From the NCBI GenBank assembly GCA_003056085.1, contig LSNK01000001.1:88729-152728 (forward strand): a DNA stretch of 64,000 bases, given 5' to 3'. Made by a program: the position numbers and the translations under genes. The notes under the pieces were generated by a model, which saw only the letters and a list, made by a program, of their open reading frames with translations, was not told where the DNA came from and searched no databases. Shown piece after piece: positions 1 through 11,002 of the stretch. Source of the stretch: Parcubacteria group bacterium M6-OD1-1. GTDB taxonomy: Bacteria; Patescibacteriota; Minisyncoccia; GWC2-36-17; M10-OD1-4. Position 1 is the first letter of the stretch; every line of letters starts with the position of its first letter.

Positions 1-1182
1 TATTTCATCTTTACCTTCATCTTCTTCTTTGTCGGAAGAATTTATCGAAACTTTTCCGGACTCAACATCTTTTAAAAGACCATCAAACAAATCAGAAAGA
101 TTTTTTGTTTCTTTTTTCATCTCATCTAAGGAAGAAGCTTTAAGAAGACCTCCTAAGATATTTTTTATATGAGAAAGTTTTTCTTTTATATGAGAAATAC
201 TTATGGGAGTAAACTGAGGAACAACTTTCCGGCTTCTTGCCTGGAAATCTATCGCTCCCTCTATTTTTCCTAAGTCTCTTTGCAACTCGCTCTTTTTAGA
301 CTCAATCTTAAATAAATCTTTTTCATAAATTTCCAAATCCTCAAAAAATCCGGAAACTTTCTTCTCCTCATCCTCAAGCTTCAAAGATATTTCTTTTTGA
401 GAATTTTGCACATCCAAAAGAAGCTTGTCTAATTCTTCCTTCGTTTTATTTTTTTGGTCAAATTCTTTTTTTAGTGAAAGAAATTTGCTTGTAACAAACT
501 TTTTTTCAAGTTTTACAAGCTCTTCTTCTAATTTTTCTTTTTCTTCAAGTTTTTGAACCTGCTTTTTTAAAAATTTCAGATGAGGAGAAAGCTCTCTTTG
601 GATGCTCTCGGTTTTTTCTAAATTGTTTTTGGTTTGATTTAATTTTAAAATAGATTCATTTTTTTTGATTTGAAATTCACGAAGACCCAAAGCTTCGTCC
701 ACCATTTCTTTTCTTTCTTTTTCTGAGGCATTTAAAATATGGTCGCCCATTCCTTGATTTATTATGGTATAACCCTTAAGTCCGAGTTTTGCTTTTGAAA
801 TAAATTCGGCTAAATCTTTAAGTCTTACTTGAGAGTTGTTGATAAAATACTGATTTTCTCCATCTCTGAAAATTTTTCTTGATATAGAAACTTCTGTAAA
901 ATTTACAGGAAAAATTTTATTTGAATTATCAAAATACAAAGTAGCTTGGGCTATGTTCATTTTTGACTTTGAGCCCGAGCCGGAAAAGATAAGATCTTCG
1001 TTTTTTTTAACCCTTACATTTCGCATGCCCTGCTCTCCCAAAACAAACCTCAAGGCATCAGCTATATTTGACTTTCCACTTCCATTTGGACCGACGATAG
1101 CAGAAATCCCCAATTCAAAATCAAGGATTGTTTTTTGCGCAAAAGACTTAAAGCCTTGTATTTCAAGTTTTTTTAGAAACAT
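1..1182 (-). CDS. smc: Chromosome segregation SMC ATPase, N-terminal part (runs off the window edge)
   Basis: Manual translation from ATG at 1182: MFLKKLEIQGFKSFAQKT...IVGPNGSGKSNIADALRFVLGE (Walker A), then coiled coil. Absent from the ORF track because no stop lies in the window. Confidence 0.93.
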   Translation of the reverse strand, partial: MFLKKLEIQGFKSFAQKTILDFELGISAIVGPNGSGKSNIADALRFVLGEQGMRNVRVKKNEDLIFSGSGSKSKMNIAQATLYFDNSNKIFPVNFTEVSISRKIFRDGENQYFINNSQVRLKDLAEFISKAKLGLKGYTIINQGMGDHILNASEKERKEMVDEALGLREFQIKKNESILKLNQTKNNLEKTESIQRELSPHLKFLKKQVQKLEEKEKLEEELVKLEKKFVTSKFLSLKKEFDQKNKTKEELDKLLLDVQNSQKEISLKLEDEEKKVSGFFEDLEIYEKDLFKIESKKSELQRDLGKIEGAIDFQARSRKVVPQFTPISISHIKEKLSHIKNILGGLLKASSLDEMKKETKNLSDLFDGLLKDVESGKVSINSSDKEEDEGKDEI

Positions 1183-1258
1183 AAATTTAGAATTTAGGAT
1201 ATAGAATTTTGAAGTTAGAATATAATTTTATAGCTTATATTCCATAATTTTGCGTAAT

Positions 1259-1948
1259 TTATTCTTTCCATCCTTTGTTTATGAGAGCGTTTTCCGCCGC
1301 TGACTGCTGAGCTTCCTGTTTTGACACTCCCTCACCTTCACCCACTGCTTCCTCACCCAAATATACTCCAATTTTAAAATGTCTGTCATGGTCCGGACCC
1401 CATTCATTTAGTACTTTATAAACCGGGGTAATACTAACTTTCTCCTGAGCTAATTCTTGAAGTAAGCTTTTTGAATCTTTGTGTAGTTTGTTTTTAATAA
1501 TATCATCAAGTTCCGGCAAGATAAATTTATGAACAAATTCAGAAGCAAATTCATATCCTCTATCTAAATAAATTGCACCTATTATAGCCTCAACAGCATT
1601 TGTTAAAATATATTGCCTTGCTCTCCCGGAGTCTTTTGCTTCACCTTTTGAAAGAAGCAGAAATTCATTTAGTTCCAATCTTGTCCCTATTGTTGCAAGC
1701 ATTTTTGAATTAACTAATGACGCTCTCCAAGAAGTGAGCTCTCCTTCCGGATTTGAATAATTTCTGTAAAGATAATCTGTAACTGCAAGCTCCAAAACAG
1801 CGTCCCCTAAAAATTCAAGACGCTCGTTGTGATCTAAAGAAAAATCCGGATTTTCATTTAAATATGATCTATGAGTTAAAGCCTGCGTTAATAAATCTTT
1901 ATTTTTAAAATTAACACCTAATGTAGACTCTAATTTTTCTAAATTCAT
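1259..1948 (-). CDS. rnc: Ribonuclease III
   Basis: HNERLEFLGDAVL signature and a C-terminal dsRBD. Confidence 0.98.
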   Translation of the reverse strand: MNLEKLESTLGVNFKNKDLLTQALTHRSYLNENPDFSLDHNERLEFLGDAVLELAVTDYLYRNYSNPEGELTSWRASLVNSKMLATIGTRLELNEFLLLSKGEAKDSGRARQYILTNAVEAIIGAIYLDRGYEFASEFVHKFILPELDDIIKNKLHKDSKSLLQELAQEKVSITPVYKVLNEWGPDHDRHFKIGVYLGEEAVGEGEGVSKQEAQQSAAENALINKGWKE

Positions 1949-2009
1949 CTTTTTTAAAAAATCAGAAACAAAAAATTACCAATCCGAAGGGATTAGTAAT
2001 TCTTTGACC

Positions 2010-2444
2010 CTAATCTTTATTTTTATTTTCTAACATATTTTTATATATCGCCCCTAAAACACCATTTATAAATTTTCCTGAAGACTCACCACCAAATGTT
2101 TTTGCAAGCTCTATAGCTTCGTTTATCGCCACTTTTGGAGGAACATTTTCCGGATCGCCGTACAAAAGCTCATAAACACCAATTCTTAAGACATTCCTGT
2201 CAACTACGGTTATTTGGTCAAGAGGCCATTCTGGCGCATATTTTTCTATGGCTGAATTTATATTATCAATATTTTGCAGAACTCCGTCTATTAACTCACG
2301 AATAAAATCAATATCTGACATCCCGGGAGCAAATTCTTTAACATTTTTATCCAAGACACCATCTAAACTTTTGGTTTTATTCCAAAAATCCCACTCATAG
2401 AGTGATTGCATAACTATACTTCTTGAAAGGTGCCTATTTGCCAT
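2010..2444 (-). CDS. nusB: Transcription antitermination factor NusB
   Basis: [32 protein letters not shown] motifs. Confidence 0.97.
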   Translation of the reverse strand: MANRHLSRSIVMQSLYEWDFWNKTKSLDGVLDKNVKEFAPGMSDIDFIRELIDGVLQNIDNINSAIEKYAPEWPLDQITVVDRNVLRIGVYELLYGDPENVPPKVAINEAIELAKTFGGESSGKFINGVLGAIYKNMLENKNKD

Positions 2445-2502
2445 TTATTTAGCTTATTAGCTTATTTCAGCCCGCACTTTAGCGGAAACTTTTAGGAGAA
2501 AA

Positions 2503-2745
2503 TTATTTTTCCTCATGTTTATCTTCAATTTCTTTTTTCTTTTGCTTCTTTTCTTTTTTATCTAACTTTGCCATAACATCAATCACTTCTCTTTTGTTGT
2601 AATTGCCGCAATTTTTGCATGTTGTATGAGAAAGTACGGGATCATTGCATTTTGGACAAAAAGACATTGGAATTTTTTTAAGAGCATGATGCGCTCTTCT
2701 TCTATTTGTTCTTGATTTTGTTTGTCTTACTTTTGGTAAAGCCAT
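2503..2745 (-). CDS. rpmF: 50S ribosomal protein L32
   Basis: MALPK..SRTNRRRAH followed by CPKC...CKNCG zinc ribbon. Confidence 0.95.
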   Translation of the reverse strand: MALPKVRQTKSRTNRRRAHHALKKIPMSFCPKCNDPVLSHTTCKNCGNYNKREVIDVMAKLDKKEKKQKKKEIEDKHEEK

Positions 2746-2855
2746 ATTTAGCTTCTTAGCTTTTAGCCTCTTAGCTTTTAGCTAAAAATATTAATTTTTA
2801 TTTTCAATATACTACCCTATAAATTTCATTTTGACAAGGCAATCAACTAAAACGA

Positions 2856-3926
2856 TTATGTCCTTGCGCATACAGCATAAACTGTCATGCTTCCTGAATT
2901 CCAATTTGCAGCTGCCGTCCAACCATTTGCACCAAGATTAGGTCTGTTGAATTTCATCCATACATAATTAACATCACCTCCTGCAACCATATTATAACCT
3001 CCAGATATAACTTTATATCCTGATGGACAAACAGCTGTCGCTCCATTGCCGGTAGCTGTAACAACCATCACATTAATCCCAACTGGAGTATCGGAGGTGC
3101 AAACAACTCTTCCGCTTGATGCCCTACACCACTGACCTTCTGTTAAATCTCCAACTAAACCTGTTGGAGCGCTTGCTGTGCAATTTATTTCTGTCCCATT
3201 TGAAGTGCACCACATATTATTTTGGAGAGTTCCGACTTCCGGATCATTCTCCGTTAAAACAGGAGGCGTTGCCTGACAATTTATAGTTGTTCCATTTGAA
3301 GTACACCATCTTCCTCCCTGAAGAGACCCCACAGCCGGATCTACCTCTGAAGGAGGGTCTGTTGTACAATTAACTACTGCTCCGTTTGAAGTGCACCACA
3401 TATTATTTTGAAGAGTTCCGACTTGAGGGTCCTGCTCCTGAGTTAAAAGCTGCTGTCCTTGCGAAAATATTCTTCCATTTGCTCTTATATCTCCATCTAC
3501 GTGAAGTTTCGCCTGAGGAATTATATCTCCAATTGAAATATCCCCGCTGTTTGCTATTTGAAATCTTGTTTGTTCTTGAGGATTTGATGGATTATTTGAA
3601 GTCTGAACATTATATTTTAAAGAATTTCCATCATTAAAAAAATATCCGTACCTTGGACTTGTTTGAGAATTTGAAAAAAATCTTATTCCTGACCTTGAGC
3701 CTTGCGAAACCCCATTATTTAACCAAATATCTCTCCCGATAGTTAATCCTCCTGTTTTTGTTTGGTTTGAATTTGATACATTTATCGGAGCAGGGAGATT
3801 ACTGATTGCCGGAGCCCCGGGAGGACCTATCCATTGAGCTTTTGTTTTTTGGATTATCATTGAACCTAAAAAAGAGAAGAAAACTACCGCTAAAACCATA
3901 GATATTATTTTAAATGGGATTTTCAT
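2856..3926 (-). CDS. Secreted/surface fibre-like protein with four Cys-containing repeats
   Basis: N-terminal TM/signal, NLPAPINV..Q.K.GGLT motif, PQAKLHVDGDI fibre-like motif, DPxVGxLxxxxWCTSNG repeats, C-terminal CPSGYKVISGG domain. Confidence 0.7.
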   Translation of the reverse strand: MKIPFKIISMVLAVVFFSFLGSMIIQKTKAQWIGPPGAPAISNLPAPINVSNSNQTKTGGLTIGRDIWLNNGVSQGSRSGIRFFSNSQTSPRYGYFFNDGNSLKYNVQTSNNPSNPQEQTRFQIANSGDISIGDIIPQAKLHVDGDIRANGRIFSQGQQLLTQEQDPQVGTLQNNMWCTSNGAVVNCTTDPPSEVDPAVGSLQGGRWCTSNGTTINCQATPPVLTENDPEVGTLQNNMWCTSNGTEINCTASAPTGLVGDLTEGQWCRASSGRVVCTSDTPVGINVMVVTATGNGATAVCPSGYKVISGGYNMVAGGDVNYVWMKFNRPNLGANGWTAAANWNSGSMTVYAVCART

Positions 3927-4199
3927 AAAATATTTAAATTATTTTTTATAATATATATTTTAACATTTTTTAAAAAATAATAAAACAGCTTCAACACAAA
4001 CCTACATTTAATAACTGATGCTTTTTTATACTGATTATAAAAATATTAAATATCATCAGAAAAAGAATATTTAATATAATAAAAAAAAGCAAATCCACTT
4101 AGGGGTTGAACCCCCAAGTGATGTCTGCTGTGAAAAATCTACTTTTGAAGGCTCTGTTAGAATTAATTGTAAAATTTCTATTTAAAAATAAAAGGGTTT

Positions 4200-4835
4200 T
4201 TAATGCAAGAAAGACTTCCTATGAATTTCACAAGAACCGTACTTTTTTATCATCTCAAAATGAAACTTGGTGCCATACCCTTTATGTTTTTCAAAACCAA
4301 ATTCTGGATATTTTTCGGCGTATTCTTCCATTATTTTGTCTCTTGTTACTTTTGCTATTATAGACGCCGCCGCAATGGAAAATATTTTTGCATCACCTCC
4401 TATTATCGCTTTTTGGCTCACTGAAATATTTGGAATAATCTCTCTTCCATCAACAAGAACAAATACATCTTTTTCACTTTTTAAACCCAAGTCCAAAAAG
4501 GCAATTTTCATAGCAAGTAAAGACGCCTGCAATATATTTATTTTATCTATTGTTTTCTCATCAACAATGCCTATGCCGTATTTTACAATTTTACTTTTTT
4601 TTAATTTTGAAAATATCTCTTCTCTCTTTTTTGGAGTAACTTTTTTTGAATCTTTTATACCTAAATTTAAAAATTCTTCAATGCTTTCTCCTGATTTTTC
4701 TTTAAAAAAACAGGCAGATGCAACCACAGGACCAGCTAAAGGACCTCTGCCAACTTCATCAATACCAACAACACAATTATAGCCGGATCGCCAAATTTCT
4801 CTTTCTTTTTCTAATTTTGGTGATTGTTGTTTCAT
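4200..4835 (-). CDS. rnhB: Ribonuclease HII
   Basis: GIDEVGRGPLAGPV, DSKK, SIAAASIIAKVTRD, HKGYGT. Confidence 0.97.
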   Translation of the reverse strand: MKQQSPKLEKEREIWRSGYNCVVGIDEVGRGPLAGPVVASACFFKEKSGESIEEFLNLGIKDSKKVTPKKREEIFSKLKKSKIVKYGIGIVDEKTIDKINILQASLLAMKIAFLDLGLKSEKDVFVLVDGREIIPNISVSQKAIIGGDAKIFSIAAASIIAKVTRDKIMEEYAEKYPEFGFEKHKGYGTKFHFEMIKKYGSCEIHRKSFLH

Positions 4836-4884
4836 ATGATAATATTAACACAGCCTATATAAATTTTATAATTTCAAATAGTAT

Positions 4885-7800
4885 ATGTCAGAAGAAAAAA
4901 AATTCGTTCATCTCCACGTTCACTCCCACTACAGCTTGCTTGACGGCATGCCAAAAATAGAGGAGCTCATCAAAAAAACCAAAGAACTTGGTATGGACTC
5001 TATTGCTCTAACCGACCACGGCTACATGTACGGGATAATTGAATTTTACAAAACAGCTAAAAAACATGGAATAAAACCTATTTTAGGAGTTGAAGTATAT
5101 GTGGCTCCAAGAAAAATAACAGATAAAGAAACGGGAATAGATGATAAAAGATTTCATTTGGTGCTTCTTGCAAAAAATAATACAGGATACAAAAATCTTA
5201 TAAAACTGATAACAAAAGCAAATTTAGAAGGTTTTTATTATAAACCGAGAGTAGATAAAGATCTTTTAAAAAAATATTCAAAAGGACTGATAGCTTTGTC
5301 TGCGTGTATGTCCGGTGAAATACCTCGGGCAATATTAACTAAAAACTTTGAGAAGGCGGAAAAAACAATAAAAGAATATAAAGACATATTTGGAGAAAAT
5401 TTTTACTTGGAAATATCTCATCGCCCAAACATTAAAGTATCTGATACGGTAAATAAAAAAATAATTGAATATTCCGAAAAGTTTGATGTGCCTTTAGTGG
5501 CAACTTGCGATGTTCATTATATTGAAAAAGATGATGCAAAAGCCCAAGACACTTTAATGGCGGTTCAAACAGGAGCAAAGCTCGGAGAAGGCGATAGAAT
5601 AACTTTGGCACAGGATGATTTTTCTTTAAAAAGTCCTGAAGAAATATATGAAACGTTCCCCTACCCAAAGGAAGCGCTTAAAAACACGATTAAAATTGCG
5701 AAATCTTGTAATGTTGATATAGAACTTGGAGTAATCCAACTTCCTGACTATGAGGTGCCCAAAAATAGAACAACTGAAAGTTATTTAAAAGAACTTTGTC
5801 TTGGGGGTATTGAAAAAAGATACGGCAAAAATTCCTCAGACGATGTAATAAAGCGTCTTGATTACGAACTTTCTGTTATAAACAAAACCGGCTATGCGGA
5901 ATATTTTTTAATAGTTTCGGATTTTGTTAATTGGGCAAAAGAAAACAAAATAGTCGTCGGACCGGGAAGAGGCTCGGCCGCAGGCTCTATCGTTGCTTAT
6001 CTTTTAAATATCACAAATATAGACCCTTTAAAATATGATTTGCTTTTTGAAAGATTTTTAAATCCTGACAGAGTAAGTATGCCCGATATTGATCTTGATT
6101 TTGCAGACACCAGAAGAGATGAGGTTTTAGATTATGTTGTTGAAAAATATGGGCAAGAACGCGTAGCTCAGATTATCACGTTTGGAACCATGGCTGCTCG
6201 TGCTGCGATAAGAGACACAGGCAGAGCGCTTGGTATAAGTTATGATTTTTGTGATAAATTGGCAAAACTAATTGAATTTGGAACTTCTTTGCAGGATTCT
6301 TTAAATAAAATTCCGGAATTGAAAGAAATATATGAAACCAATGAAGAAGCTAAGGTGCTGCTGGATGCCGCAAAAAAATTAGAAGGGGTAGCAAGGCATG
6401 CGTCAACACACGCCTGCGCTGTTGTGATAGCAAGAAACCCACTTGATGAAATAGTGCCATTGCAATATGCAACAAAGTCTCAAGATGATTCCGGAAATGC
6501 AAAAAAAGATGAGAGAAAACAAATAGTTACACAATATGAGATGCATGCTATTGAAGATTTAGGACTTTTAAAAATGGATTTTTTAGGACTTAAAAATCTC
6601 TCTATTATTGAACGAACTTTAAAAATTATAAAAAGAAGACATAAAATTGAAATAGATATTGATAAAATACCACTGGATGACGAAAAGTCATTTAAATTGT
6701 TTCAAAAGGCAAAAACAACAGGAATATTCCAATTTGAATCTTCGGGAATGAAACGATACTTAAAAGAGTTAAAACCGACTGAACTTGAAGATATTATCGT
6801 TATGGTCGCACTTTATCGCCCAGGTCCTCTTAATTCAGGAATGGTTGATGAATTTATTAATAGAAAGCATGGGAAAAAAGAAATTATCTTTAAACACCCA
6901 ATCATGGAAAATTCCTTAAAAAATACATATGGGGTTATTGTCTACCAAGAACAGGTTATGCAACTTTCCAAAGACATGGCAATGTTTACTGGTGGACAAG
7001 CTGATACATTAAGAAAAGCTATGGGGAAAAAAATTGCTTCTCTTATGACTAAAATGAAAAATGAATTCATTGAAGGATGCATTAAAAATAATCTCAAAGT
7101 AGACTTAGCTAAAACTACTTTTTTAGATATGGAAAAATTTGCTGAATATGGATTCAATAGAAGTCATGCTGCGTGTTACGGACTTGTTGGATATCAAACA
7201 GCATACCTTAAAGCACGCTTCCCAGCAGAATTTATGGCATCCCTTATGACTGCCGACCTAAGAGATATTGAAAGAATCGCATTTTTGGTTGAAGAGGCAA
7301 ACACATTAGGCATAACTATACTTGCTCCAAGTGTAAATGAAAGCTTTAGGGATTTTGCAGTTATTTCAGACAATGAAATAAGATTTGGTTTAGTTGCTAT
7401 TAAAGGCGTAGGAGAAAACATAGCAAAAGCAATAATTGAAGAAAGAGAAACAAATGGAAAATTTAACTCACTTGAAGACTTCTTAATAAGAGTTAATCAC
7501 AAAGACCTAAATAAAAAATCTGTAGAATCCTTAATAAAAGCCGGGGCGCTGGATGAATTTGAGGACAGAAATCTACTCTATGGGAATGCGGTGAAAATTT
7601 TGGAATTTGTAAAAAATAAATCAAAAAAAGATGTAAAAACTCCTCAAATGGGTCTTTTTGATGATGATCCAAAAATTGATATGTCTGCTCTTAGATTAGT
7701 TGCCCCGGAAGAAAATATATCAAAAAAAGATATGCTCGCATGGGAAAAAGAGTTGATTGGACTTTATATTTCCGGCCATCCGCTTGGAGAACACAAAGAA

Positions 7801-8100
7801 CAGTTAGAAAAAGAGACGATAAAAATAGAAGACATAACCGACAACTTAGTTGGAAGAACCGTTAAAGTCGGGGGGATGGTCACCAATATTAAAAAGATAG
7901 TAACAAAAAATGGCGACCCAATGGCATTTGCCCAACTTGAAGACTTTTCTAAAAAAATAGAATTGGTTATCTTCCCAAAGACTCTTGAAAAAACAAAAGA
8001 TTTTTGGCAGGAAGACAAAGCAGCTTTTATATCTGGAAAATTAGATATGAGAAATGGAGAATATCAAATTTTATGCAGCACGGCAAAGGAAATAAAATAA
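4885..8100 (+). CDS. dnaE: DNA polymerase III alpha subunit
   Basis: HLHVHSHYSLLDG PHP domain, GPGRGSAAGS, MPDIDLDF, FNRSHAACY; no intein seen. Confidence 0.98.
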   Translation: MSEEKKFVHLHVHSHYSLLDGMPKIEELIKKTKELGMDSIALTDHGYMYGIIEFYKTAKKHGIKPILGVEVYVAPRKITDKETGIDDKRFHLVLLAKNNTGYKNLIKLITKANLEGFYYKPRVDKDLLKKYSKGLIALSACMSGEIPRAILTKNFEKAEKTIKEYKDIFGENFYLEISHRPNIKVSDTVNKKIIEYSEKFDVPLVATCDVHYIEKDDAKAQDTLMAVQTGAKLGEGDRITLAQDDFSLKSPEEIYETFPYPKEALKNTIKIAKSCNVDIELGVIQLPDYEVPKNRTTESYLKELCLGGIEKRYGKNSSDDVIKRLDYELSVINKTGYAEYFLIVSDFVNWAKENKIVVGPGRGSAAGSIVAYLLNITNIDPLKYDLLFERFLNPDRVSMPDIDLDFADTRRDEVLDYVVEKYGQERVAQIITFGTMAARAAIRDTGRALGISYDFCDKLAKLIEFGTSLQDSLNKIPELKEIYETNEEAKVLLDAAKKLEGVARHASTHACAVVIARNPLDEIVPLQYATKSQDDSGNAKKDERKQIVTQYEMHAIEDLGLLKMDFLGLKNLSIIERTLKIIKRRHKIEIDIDKIPLDDEKSFKLFQKAKTTGIFQFESSGMKRYLKELKPTELEDIIVMVALYRPGPLNSGMVDEFINRKHGKKEIIFKHPIMENSLKNTYGVIVYQEQVMQLSKDMAMFTGGQADTLRKAMGKKIASLMTKMKNEFIEGCIKNNLKVDLAKTTFLDMEKFAEYGFNRSHAACYGLVGYQTAYLKARFPAEFMASLMTADLRDIERIAFLVEEANTLGITILAPSVNESFRDFAVISDNEIRFGLVAIKGVGENIAKAIIEERETNGKFNSLEDFLIRVNHKDLNKKSVESLIKAGALDEFEDRNLLYGNAVKILEFVKNKSKKDVKTPQMGLFDDDPKIDMSALRLVAPEENISKKDMLAWEKELIGLYISGHPLGEHKEQLEKETIKIEDITDNLVGRTVKVGGMVTNIKKIVTKNGDPMAFAQLEDFSKKIELVIFPKTLEKTKDFWQEDKAAFISGKLDMRNGEYQILCSTAKEIK

Positions 8101-8135
8101 AAAATCTCTGACATTAAATGTCAGAGATTTTTTAT
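8097..8135. terminator. Bidirectional intrinsic terminator-like palindrome between convergent dnaE and gatB
   Basis: ATAAAAAATCTCTGACATT-A-AATGTCAGAGATTTTTTAT. Confidence 0.7.
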
Positions 8136-8155
8136 TTTGACTACCTTAAATTAAG

Positions 8156-9646
8156 CTACAAAAGAAGCTTCTCTAAAACTTCCTTTGTAACTGCTGGATT
8201 TGCTTTTCCTTTTGTTTTTGCCATAACTTGCCCCAATAAAAATTGTACTGAATTTAAATTTCCATTTTTGTAATCTAATACGGGTTTCGGATTCTTATCT
8301 ATCACCTCTTTTACAATCTTAGATATTTCTTCGGCATCATTTAATTGCAAAAGCCCTTTCTCTTCTATTATATGGTCAGGATCTGCGCCAGTTTCCACCA
8401 TTTGAGCCAAGACGGTTTTTGCAGCGGCTGAGGTAATCTTTTTTTCAAAAATTAACAACATCAACTCTGCAAGATCTTCTTCCGACATTTTCATATCGGA
8501 TATTTTTTTATTCGTTTCTCTTAATATCTTTTTTAAATCTGTGTTTATATAATTAATCGCAAGCTTAATAATTGCTTTTGTTTTTTCAGTATAAATATCT
8601 TCCTTTTTTTCTTTCAAAAGACCCTTTAGTTCCGAAACAACATTCTCAAAATAAAAAGTTGTTTCTTTATTGGTTATTAAAATATCAGCATCTTTTTCTA
8701 AAATTCCAAAAACTGTTTTAAACCTTCCAAGTTTTTGTTTTGGCAATTCCGGCAAAGAGGCTTTTAATGATTCGACATCAATTATATCTTTTGTTGGAAT
8801 TCCCTCTCTTTCACCAAGCTCCATTTGGGGTAAGTCCGGTTCCGGAAAATATCTGTAATCATGCGCACTTTCTTTCAGTCTTTGAGAGTATGTTATTTTT
8901 CTGTTTTCGTCCCAACCTCTTGTTTCTTGTATGACCTTCTCCCCCTTTTCCAAAAGAGCCTCTTGTCTTTTTTCTTCAAATTCTGCAGCATCTCTTACAG
9001 CTCGAAAAGAATTGAGATTTTTTATTTCAACTTTTGTTCCAAATTCTTTATTGTTTTTTTTCTTTAAACTTATATTAACCTCGCAACGCATTTGTCCTTT
9101 TTCCATATTGGCGTCAGAAACACCTAAATATTGAAATATTCTTTGGAGTTCTTCACAAAAAGACTTAGCCTCATCACCGGAAGTCATTTCCGGTTCCGTT
9201 ACGAGTTCCATCAAAGGAGCACTCGCCCTGTTAAAATCAACAAAACTGTAACCGGAAGCCCCATGAATAGACTTTGCGGTGTCTTCTTCCAAGTGAACTC
9301 TTGTTATGTTTATTTTTTTACCCAAAACTTCTAAATGCCCTCCTTCACAAATAGGCAAGTCATATTGGGATATCTGATATCCTTTCGGTATATCCGGATA
9401 AAAATAATTTTTTCTGTCAAACTTTGTATGTTTTGCAATCTTTGAACTCAAAGCATGACCAACCTTAACAACATACTCAACCGCTTTTTTATTTATGGTT
9501 GGAAGGGTTCCGGGATGCCCCAAACAAACCGGACAAATATTAATATTTGGACGGCTTTCCTCAGGGTCGTTTCTAGTACTGCAAAACATTTTTGTTTTGG
9601 TTTTTAGCTGCGCATGGACTTCAAGTCCTATTACTGTTTCATACAT
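8156..9646 (-). CDS. gatB: Asp/Glu-tRNA amidotransferase subunit B
   Basis: IGLEVHAQL, FDRKNYFYPD, RVHLEED, YRYFPEPDL. Confidence 0.98.
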   Translation of the reverse strand: MYETVIGLEVHAQLKTKTKMFCSTRNDPEESRPNINICPVCLGHPGTLPTINKKAVEYVVKVGHALSSKIAKHTKFDRKNYFYPDIPKGYQISQYDLPICEGGHLEVLGKKINITRVHLEEDTAKSIHGASGYSFVDFNRASAPLMELVTEPEMTSGDEAKSFCEELQRIFQYLGVSDANMEKGQMRCEVNISLKKKNNKEFGTKVEIKNLNSFRAVRDAAEFEEKRQEALLEKGEKVIQETRGWDENRKITYSQRLKESAHDYRYFPEPDLPQMELGEREGIPTKDIIDVESLKASLPELPKQKLGRFKTVFGILEKDADILITNKETTFYFENVVSELKGLLKEKKEDIYTEKTKAIIKLAINYINTDLKKILRETNKKISDMKMSEEDLAELMLLIFEKKITSAAAKTVLAQMVETGADPDHIIEEKGLLQLNDAEEISKIVKEVIDKNPKPVLDYKNGNLNSVQFLLGQVMAKTKGKANPAVTKEVLEKLLL

Positions 9647-9655
9647 AAAAATTTG

Positions 9656-10300
9656 TTATTTAAAAAACTTTATTAAAACTTTTTCAAATTCATCAGAAAC
9701 TTCTGACATTGAAGAATTACTGGGAATAAAATACATATTTTCAAATTTATCTTCCATTGCCTTAAAAGCATTCGCAGTTTTTTTTAAGAAATCTTCCTTT
9801 TTTTCAAAATACTCAAGACTTTCCCCGGACTTTCTATTCTTTAATCTCATAAAAGCAATGTCGGCAGGTATATCCATAATAAACATTAAGTCCGGTAAAA
9901 TAAAAGTGTCTCCTAATATATTTTTATGCTCTAACATCAAATCATCAAAATTCAAACCTTGCGCCATCCCATAAGCTAAAGTGGATAAAAAATACCTATC
10001 GCAGATATAAACAGAATTTTCTTTTTTCAAAATAGGTATAATTTCTGACATTAAATGCTCTTTCCTGTCTTTTATAAAAATTTTCTGAAATTCCATTAGA
10101 TCATCCGGAGTAGGCTCTTTCCCCTCTATAATATTTCTTGCTTTAATTCCTGCCTCCTGAGAAGATGGTTCATGCCCCGTATAAACATCATAATTTCTAT
10201 CTTTAAACCAACTTGCAATAAACTTAAGCTGAGTTGATTTACCCGAGCCGTCTATTCCGTCAATAGTTATAAATTTACCGGGATAAGAATTTTTTAACAT
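9656..10300 (-). CDS. tmk: Thymidylate kinase
   Basis: FITIDGIDGSGKST P-loop, DRYFLSTLAYG. Confidence 0.93.
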   Translation of the reverse strand: MLKNSYPGKFITIDGIDGSGKSTQLKFIASWFKDRNYDVYTGHEPSSQEAGIKARNIIEGKEPTPDDLMEFQKIFIKDRKEHLMSEIIPILKKENSVYICDRYFLSTLAYGMAQGLNFDDLMLEHKNILGDTFILPDLMFIMDIPADIAFMRLKNRKSGESLEYFEKKEDFLKKTANAFKAMEDKFENMYFIPSNSSMSEVSDEFEKVLIKFFK

Positions 10301-10452
10301 AGAGTGTATATTATATTTTTCTTAAAACAAACAGCGCTTTTTATAATTGCTATTTCTAATAATATACTTGTTATATTACCTTAATAAAGAAACTTTGTGA
10401 AGAATCTAAAAAACAAAAACAGCCTCAGAAAAAGACTGTTTTTAAAAAATAT

Positions 10453-10878
10453 TTATTCTACGGTAATACCCATTGATCTTGCTGTCCCTTCAACAATACG
10501 AGAAGCCTGATCTACATCGTAAGCATTTAAATCAACCATTTTCTTTTCTGCTATCTCTTTTACCTGATCTTTTGTAACTTTCCCAATCTTTTTTTTATGA
10601 GGTTCACCTGACCCCTTTTCTACACCAGCCGCTTTTTTAAGCAGTTCTGCTGTAGGAGATGTTTTTAATTTAAATTCAAATGTTCTGTCTTCAAAAATTG
10701 TAATCTCAACAGGGACAACCTCTCCCATTTTGTCTTTTGTAGCTTCGTTATACTGTAAACAAAACTGCTGAATATTAAGTCCATGTGGACCAAGCGCTGT
10801 TCCTACGGGAGGCGCCGGATTTGCTTTCCCAGCCTGTATATTTATCTTAACTATTGTTTTTATTGGTTTATCTGCCAT
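10453..10878 (-). CDS. rplK: 50S ribosomal protein L11
   Basis: [23 protein letters not shown]. Confidence 0.98.
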   Translation of the reverse strand: MADKPIKTIVKINIQAGKANPAPPVGTALGPHGLNIQQFCLQYNEATKDKMGEVVPVEITIFEDRTFEFKLKTSPTAELLKKAAGVEKGSGEPHKKKIGKVTKDQVKEIAEKKMVDLNAYDVDQASRIVEGTARSMGITVE

Positions 10879-11002
10879 TTTTTTAGCTTATTAGCTTATT
10901 AGCTTATTTCAACCGGAGGCTGATCCGTCTTTGACGGAAGCTTTTTAGCTTAAAGTTACCTTAATTTATTAAACATTTTTATAAAAAATACATACTTTAT
11001 AA

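Noticed and set aside
953-1204. 83-aa plus-strand ORF
   Set aside because: Antisense shadow of smc.
2856-3926. DGR template/variable repeat pair involving the RT and the repeat proteins
   Set aside because: Repeat differences are not adenine-specific, the RT looks retron-like rather than DGR-like, and no avd gene is seen.
4096-4165. Hairpin CACTTAGGGGTTGAACCCCCAAGTG and nearby GGCTCTGTTAGA resembling an IS end
   Set aside because: Single copy with no partner IR or transposase; cannot support an IS or REP call.
4267-4782. 171-aa plus-strand ORF and similar long antisense ORFs (9495-9974, 17161-17925, 55109-55789 and others)
   Set aside because: They lie opposite well-supported genes and show no motifs; shadow frames.
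4885-8100. Intein or intron in dnaE (also checked gyrB, ligA, recG)
   Set aside because: Lengths are normal and no splice-junction motifs are seen.
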